Shown: one piece after another, positions 7,645-11,239 of the stretch
How the letters are laid out: the number at the start of each line of letters is the position of its first letter
How positions within the stretch are numbered: the stretch's first letter is position 1
Source: a virus
Lineage: Duplodnaviria; Heunggongvirae; Uroviricota; Caudoviricetes
Virus record (IMG/VR): IMGVR_UViG_2740892236_000005
DNA: 11,239 nt
Reading direction: 5' to 3' (one strand)
Position numbers and translations under genes: made by a program
The notes under the pieces: generated by a model
What the model saw: the letters and a program-made list of their open reading frames with translations, nothing else
Database searches by the model: none
Told to the model about the DNA's origin: nothing

Positions 7645-8817
7645 TTACGCGCTGACCTGGCTGGCGAAATTCACCAGGTACTGATCGGTGATGCGCTGAC
7701 GCAGCATCAGGTTTTCAAGTGGCGGCACTGGCGTGTAGTCGTAGTCGATGGTGAGTTTTCCGGCTTTCAGCGTGTCTTTGTCGTTCACCGACTCATCCAG
7801 CCAGCAATCACCACCAATGAGATAGCCCTGACTGACCAGGCTGCGCATTTTGGCGCGGATACCTTCGATAATGTCGCGGGCCAGCGACGGGTTAAGCGGT
7901 TTATCCACCGCCCACATGTGTGCTTCTGCCATCGTGTCCATCAGCACCTGAGCCGTGCGGGTGTAGTTTTCGAAGGCAAAGAGCGGGTCATCACTCAGGC
8001 AGCGGGAACCCCAGAAGCGGAAACCGTCTTTACGCACAAGCGTGGTGACGTCGTTCTGGTTCAGCAGACCTGCATCGGTTGCCGGGTCCTGCAGATCCCA
8101 GAACACATCTGCAGAAATTCCGGTGACACCGTTCACGCCCACGTTGGACAGGCTTTTGTGCCATCCGGTCTGCTCGTCAATTTTGGCGCGCAGACCAAGC
8201 GCACGGGCGGTAGCATATGCCGTTGCTTCGGCATTCAGCACCGTGTCCCAGCCAGTAAAGTCAGGCCAGATCAGCATCCCTTCGCGCTGGCTGAAGTTTT
8301 CGCGGTAAGTGATCGCCTCCTGCACTGTCTTGCAGCCATACGCTGACAGGTAAGCAAATCCACGCAGGCTTTGCGCCACGCTCAGCAACTCAGTAGCTAC
8401 CGCCTTGGTGTCGTGGCCTGGCACGCCGAGAATGCGCGGTTTAACGCCGAGCTGTGACTGGGCAGATAACAGGGCTTTCATACCTGTTTTTTTACCTTCA
8501 GCAGTCACTGCGCCGATGATATTGGTCGTGGTTTCGTCTTCCGTTTCACCCTGCGGCACACGCACAACAATGGTCACGGGTTTTGCCTGGTCAGCGATGG
8601 CATCCAGCGAACGGGCCAGAGTACCTGACTCACCCGCTTTACCGCTGGCAGTCAGCACATCAGTGATCAGCACGGGTTTATTAAGAGGAAACATTTTTGC
8701 ATCGGCATCATCGCCCGTGCAGACCATACCCACGATGGCGGTGCTCACCGTGGTAATAGATCGGGTGCCTTCGTTGACTTCAACAACGCGCACCCCGTGG
8801 TGGTAATCCTGAGCCAT
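7645..8817 (-). CDS. FI: Contractile tail sheath protein (P2 gpFI-like)
   Basis: 390-aa ORF, first gene of the FI-FII-E-T-U-D operon, preceded by a strong Shine-Dalgarno (AGGAGG, minus strand) and the late promoter dyad. Confidence 0.9.
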   Translation of the reverse strand: MAQDYHHGVRVVEVNEGTRSITTVSTAIVGMVCTGDDADAKMFPLNKPVLITDVLTASGKAGESGTLARSLDAIADQAKPVTIVVRVPQGETEDETTTNIIGAVTAEGKKTGMKALLSAQSQLGVKPRILGVPGHDTKAVATELLSVAQSLRGFAYLSAYGCKTVQEAITYRENFSQREGMLIWPDFTGWDTVLNAEATAYATARALGLRAKIDEQTGWHKSLSNVGVNGVTGISADVFWDLQDPATDAGLLNQNDVTTLVRKDGFRFWGSRCLSDDPLFAFENYTRTAQVLMDTMAEAHMWAVDKPLNPSLARDIIEGIRAKMRSLVSQGYLIGGDCWLDESVNDKDTLKAGKLTIDYDYTPVPPLENLMLRQRITDQYLVNFASQVSA

Positions 8818-8894
8818 AGTGGCGAACCTCCTGATTGGATTAGGCTTCGCCCTATGTTGAAGTGATTGTGCCTGACAAACAGCTAAGCGCAGTT

Positions 8895-8912
8895 GTGTCG
8901 TTATTCACACAA
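8895..8912 (-). promoter_or_regulatory. P2-type late promoter element upstream of FI: TGT-N12-ACA dyad (Ogr/Delta activator binding site)
   Basis: TGTGTCGTTATTCACACA at 8895-8912 is TGT + 12 nt + ACA, centred about 86 bp upstream of the FI ATG. The TGT-N12-ACA dyad centred near -55 is the conserved activator site of P2/P4/186 late promoters. The -10 was not pinned down. Confidence 0.6.
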
Positions 8913-8959
8913 AATAACGGTATTTGTCTGCTTGCAGGGATAATCAACATAATGCTGAT

Positions 8960-9526
8960 TCAGGGGGATTCATTGATCTTATTTGCCGGAAATTTTCTAT
9001 AAATGGTAGAAACGCCTACATCAAAAATCAGTGCAATACGCTGTCTTGATTCTCCGGCCTCGAGTAAACGCCCAATCTGTGCCCACTGTTCGGTGGTCAA
9101 CTTAGGACGGCGTCCACCTACTCTGCCTTTGGCACGAGCTGCAGCCAGCCCTGCCCTGGTACGTTCAACTATCAGTTCGCGTTCCATTTCAGCCAGGGCA
9201 CCCATGACATGAAAAAAGAAACGGCCCATTGGGGTACTGGTATCAATACTGTCAGTCAGGCTTCTGAAATTCACACCACGCTGGCGCAACTCTTCTATCA
9301 GCGTAACAAGATGTCGCATACTGCGCCCCAACCTGTCCAGCTTCCAGACAACCAGCGTGTCTCCTGCCGATAGTGTCCTGAGTAGTTTTTTCAGCCCCGG
9401 TCTGTCGGACTTAGTGCCACTGATTTTGTCCTCAAAAATCCGCTCACATCCCGCGCAGTTCAGTGCATTACGTTGCAAATCGGTGTTCTGGTCATTTGTT
9501 GACACGCGTACATAGCCAATAAGCAT
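8960..9526 (-). CDS. Serine DNA invertase, Gin/Pin/Cin/Hin family
   Basis: Translation MLIGYVRVSTNDQNTDLQRNALNCAGCERIFEDKISG...LVVWKLDRLGRSM...GRRPKL...STIYRKF has the invertase N-terminal catalytic motif (YVRVST, active-site Ser) and a C-terminal HTH, and is very close to Pin/Gin-type invertases as I remember them. The Shine-Dalgarno AGGGGG is positioned for the second ATG (9526), giving 188 aa; the ORF track starts two codons earlier at 9532. Confidence 0.9.
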   Translation of the reverse strand: MLIGYVRVSTNDQNTDLQRNALNCAGCERIFEDKISGTKSDRPGLKKLLRTLSAGDTLVVWKLDRLGRSMRHLVTLIEELRQRGVNFRSLTDSIDTSTPMGRFFFHVMGALAEMERELIVERTRAGLAAARAKGRVGGRRPKLTTEQWAQIGRLLEAGESRQRIALIFDVGVSTIYRKFPANKINESP

Positions 9527-9581
9527 GATCATCCCCCTGAATAAAAACCGGAGATGATGCCAGTTAGCTGTTACCTCTGCA

Positions 9582-9607
9582 TTTTCTTAAACGTTGGTTT
9601 GGGAGAA
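9582..9607. other. Left recombination (crossover) site of the invertible segment, gix/hix/cix-like
   Basis: TTTTCTTAAACG-TT-GGTTTGGGAGAA is an imperfect 12-2-12 palindrome. Its right half matches the gix right half GGTTTTGGATAA (recalled from memory) at 10 of 12 positions. The inner 13 bp GGTTTGGGAGAAG (9596-9608) recur as an exact inverted copy at 11227-11239. Confidence 0.65.
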
Positions 9608-9949
9608 GCGGCAAAAAGGGATGTTGGGATTGGGGCAAATCAGATCCCTGATATGAGCAAATGGACATCGCTGAAAGCAGATTACGGGTGGCGGTTGACT
9701 CCAGATGGATTTCTGGAGCAATGGGGGCGCGGTAATTATGGAAACGGCGATGGAGATTTTGTCATCCCATTCCCGAACCGTTGTGCGTTCGTTTTAATTA
9801 GCTCGGATCCGAATGACACGTCATATGCCGAGATTTCACAGGCATTCCCTGTCAGCAACTCAAAATTCAGGGTTGGCTGCGCAACGGCAGAGGGTAATAA
9901 CGTTAATCCGGCAAATTTGACATGTAACTGGTATGCGAAGGGATGGTGA
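9594..9949 (+). CDS. Silent alternative tail-fibre C-terminal cassette (Hv'), promoterless in this orientation
   Basis: The frame is open through the crossover site (ggt ttg gga gaa = GLGE) and continues AAKRDVGIGANQIPDMSKW...NWYAKGW to a TGA at 9947-9949. It is in the same codon phase relative to the 13-bp repeat as the expressed fibre on the other side, so inversion would fuse it in frame to the constant fibre N-terminus. The track's ATG at 9554 is probably not a real start. Confidence 0.6.
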
Positions 9950-9951
9950 TA

Positions 9952-10155
9952 ATGAATATTTACTTTTATAGCGCGTCAACGAATCAATTTTACCCGACAG
10001 TGTTACTCGACGCATACCGTGGAAATGGCGTTTTGCCTGATGATATTAAGCCCGTCGATGACGATATGGCTCTGAAGTTTTTAGGGGCTCCTCCGGAGGG
10101 AATGAAACGAGCGGCGGGTAGCAATGGGCTACCCACGTGGGTAATGGTAAGCTAG
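9952..10155 (+). CDS. Short (about 67-70 aa) tail-fibre assembly protein N-terminal domain (Tfa'), possibly a truncated remnant
   Basis: MNIYFYSASTNQFYPTVLLDAYRGNGVLPDDIKPVDDDMALKFLGAPPEGMKRAAGSNGLPTWV matches the conserved N-terminus of one tail-fibre assembly family, but the frame stops at TAG 10153-10155 without the usual C-terminal half. An alternative ATG lies at 9943. Confidence 0.55.
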   Translation: MNIYFYSASTNQFYPTVLLDAYRGNGVLPDDIKPVDDDMALKFLGAPPEGMKRAAGSNGLPTWVMVS

Positions 10156-10769
10156 ACGTACAGTTCAGGCCAACTGATATCCGGTGCGGTGCTGGTATCA
10201 GTTGCCGTCACCGCGTCAATGTAATCCAGCACGACGTTAAGCCGGGTGGTTTCTGTCTGCGTCAGTTTTCGCCCGGCCTGCAATTTCAACTGAATCAGAT
10301 TAATGGAAGCCATTGCAGTATCAATCAGCGACTGGCGTTGTGTTTTTGCCGCTTCTACAGCGGCACGATGTTGCGCATCTGTATCGGTCACCCATTTCTC
10401 ACCATCCCATTCATCGTATGGCGTTAACGGTGCGACAGTGGTTGTGTTTTCAGGGTAATCACCCGGAGTGGTGATTTCTGCTGCCTCACGGGTTTCTGTG
10501 TTATAGACTGTCTCACCCCGATGGTCCGGCACGTACTCCCACGTGGTCAGGTCAGCAGTGCGGCAAATCACATAACCAGACCGCCTTTCCCCGGGGGCAT
10601 CAGTGCATGAATGTGCAGGAAGGCCAACGCCTACAGCCAGATATTCGGTTGACGTGTAAAGGTATTCCCGCGTCTTATTATCGTAGCTGTGGACAACAAC
10701 CTCTCCTGCAACTGTTGCCAGCCGCGATTCATTCAGCACCGCTGTAGTCATGGTTTTCTTGCTCATCAT
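10152..10769 (-). CDS. Tail-fibre assembly protein (Tfa, lambda-Tfa-like; positional equivalent of P2 G), expressed orientation
   Basis: 205-aa ORF whose C-terminus (...RLNVVLDYIDAVTATDTSTAPDISWPELYV) matches the conserved Tfa C-terminal motif (VDTSTAPDIEWP in lambda Tfa). Its start overlaps the fibre gene stop (ATGA). Confidence 0.85.
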   Translation of the reverse strand: MMSKKTMTTAVLNESRLATVAGEVVVHSYDNKTREYLYTSTEYLAVGVGLPAHSCTDAPGERRSGYVICRTADLTTWEYVPDHRGETVYNTETREAAEITTPGDYPENTTTVAPLTPYDEWDGEKWVTDTDAQHRAAVEAAKTQRQSLIDTAMASINLIQLKLQAGRKLTQTETTRLNVVLDYIDAVTATDTSTAPDISWPELYV

Positions 10770-11239
10770 GCAGCCCTTACGATGTAGTTAAATGCAATGT
10801 TACGTGGCCTTGCATAACCCAGATACTGAATCCCCCAGGCTCCCACTGGAACGGGGTTCCAGATATGTTCTGTAGGTATACTTTTCGCTCTGAGAATATC
10901 TGAATTGGTTTCAGTTTTATCCCATCCCAGCAGGGCAATGTCGTTTACCGAAAACTGCACCACGCTGTCGGGTGATATATTGGCTTCCTGAACCAGATAA
11001 GAGCCTTTTTGCCACGACAACAACGTCCGGCTACTGTCCACTCCGCGCCCGTCATCCCAGCCACGAATAAATTCACCACGTAAATCAGGCAATATATTTG
11101 TCGGATAAGCCTTTGCCAGTTCCGGGTATTCTTCAGCAGAAAATGCCGCCCCGTTGCATTTCACCCAGCCTGTTGGCGGTGTGGCTGAAGGCCACGGAAC
11201 AGGTACACCAACGGGTAATGCAGAGCCTTCTCCCAAACC
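10766..11239 (-). CDS. Tail fibre protein, variable C-terminal receptor-binding part (expressed orientation); 5' part of the gene lies beyond the window
   Basis: The frame runs to the window edge (GLGEGSALPVGVPVPWPSATPPTGWVKCNGAAFSAEEYPELAKAYP...NYIVRAA), with the PWP...GW..C.G...YP motif seen in many tail-fibre C-terminal domains (P2 H, Mu S). The track's start at 11236 is a window-edge artefact. Confidence 0.8.
   Translation of the reverse strand, partial: GLGEGSALPVGVPVPWPSATPPTGWVKCNGAAFSAEEYPELAKAYPTNILPDLRGEFIRGWDDGRGVDSSRTLLSWQKGSYLVQEANISPDSVVQFSVNDIALLGWDKTETNSDILRAKSIPTEHIWNPVPVGAWGIQYLGYARPRNIAFNYIVRAA
11227..11239. other. Right recombination (crossover) site of the invertible segment, inner half only (truncated by window end)
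   Basis: Plus-strand CTTCTCCCAAACC at 11227-11239 is the exact reverse complement of GGTTTGGGAGAAG at 9596-9608. The core and outer half must lie just past position 11239. Confidence 0.6.

Larger units (their letters stand above)
1061..11239. mobile_element. P2-family prophage, ssrA-proximal end (late/tail module plus invertible fibre segment); continues beyond the window
   Basis: Immediately after the tmRNA 3' CCA the sequence changes to phage content: ogr, D, U, T, E/E', FII, FI in P2 order on the minus strand, a late promoter dyad, an invertase and tail-fibre cassettes. The 3' end of ssrA is a classic integration site. Exact att core and the other prophage end are not in the window. Confidence 0.85.
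9594..11239. other. Invertible tail-fibre host-range segment (G-segment-like, about 1.65 kb)
   Basis: Bounded by the inverted crossover sites. Contains Hv' and Tfa' on the plus strand and Tfa and Hv on the minus strand, with the invertase gene adjacent to the silent cassette, as in Mu Sc-[Sv U U' Sv']-gin. Confidence 0.7.

Noticed and set aside
7141-8806. Plus-strand ORFs 7141..7617, 7388..7684, 7918..8346, 8042..8308, 8405..8806 and minus-strand 7251..7532
   Set aside because: Antisense or out of frame within FII and FI, whose identities are well supported by size and position.
9003-9212. 69-aa plus-strand ORF inside the invertase gene
   Set aside because: Antisense to a confidently identified serine invertase; Ala/Ser/Pro/Arg-rich artefact.
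9554-9593. ATG at 9554 as an independent start for the plus-strand fibre-tip ORF
   Set aside because: The upstream part (MMPVSCYLCIF) runs through the invertase promoter region and the outer half of the crossover site. The cassette is better explained as a promoterless C-terminal exon that becomes fused to the fibre constant region after inversion.
10137-10427. 96-aa plus-strand ORF that could be read as a continuation of Tfa'
   Set aside because: Different frame from Tfa' and antisense to the full-length minus-strand Tfa; translation has no Tfa-like C-terminal motif.
1-11239. CRISPR array, integrase, tRNA or rRNA genes, toxin-antitoxin pair
   Set aside because: No regularly spaced direct repeats, no tyrosine-recombinase-like ORF, and no tRNA-like sequence other than the tRNA-like domain of tmRNA were seen. 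The integrase and second att site are presumably at the other end of the prophage, outside this window.

Overview
The window spans the junction between a conserved enterobacterial core locus and one end of a P2-family prophage integrated at the tmRNA gene. Positions 1-1060 carry smpB and ssrA (tmRNA). From 1061 onward the minus strand carries a P2-type late/tail module in canonical order (ogr, D, U, T, E with its E+E' -1 frameshift extension, FII, FI), a P2-type late promoter dyad upstream of FI, a Gin/Pin/Hin-family serine DNA invertase, and an invertible tail-fibre host-range segment. That segment holds two alternative fibre C-termini and two tail-fibre assembly genes between inverted crossover sites; the right-hand site and the constant part of the fibre gene are cut by the window end. 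The most unusual element is a 160-aa plus-strand gene (1184-1666) wedged between ssrA and ogr, just inside the prophage boundary. Its translation reads as a WYL-like domain fused to a BRCT domain, a combination I cannot assign to any characterised phage or defence protein; it is the best candidate for a previously undescribed accessory function. No CRISPR array, integrase, rRNA or tRNA gene is present. All calls come from reading the sequence and the supplied ORF translations against remembered protein families; no database search or computation was run.
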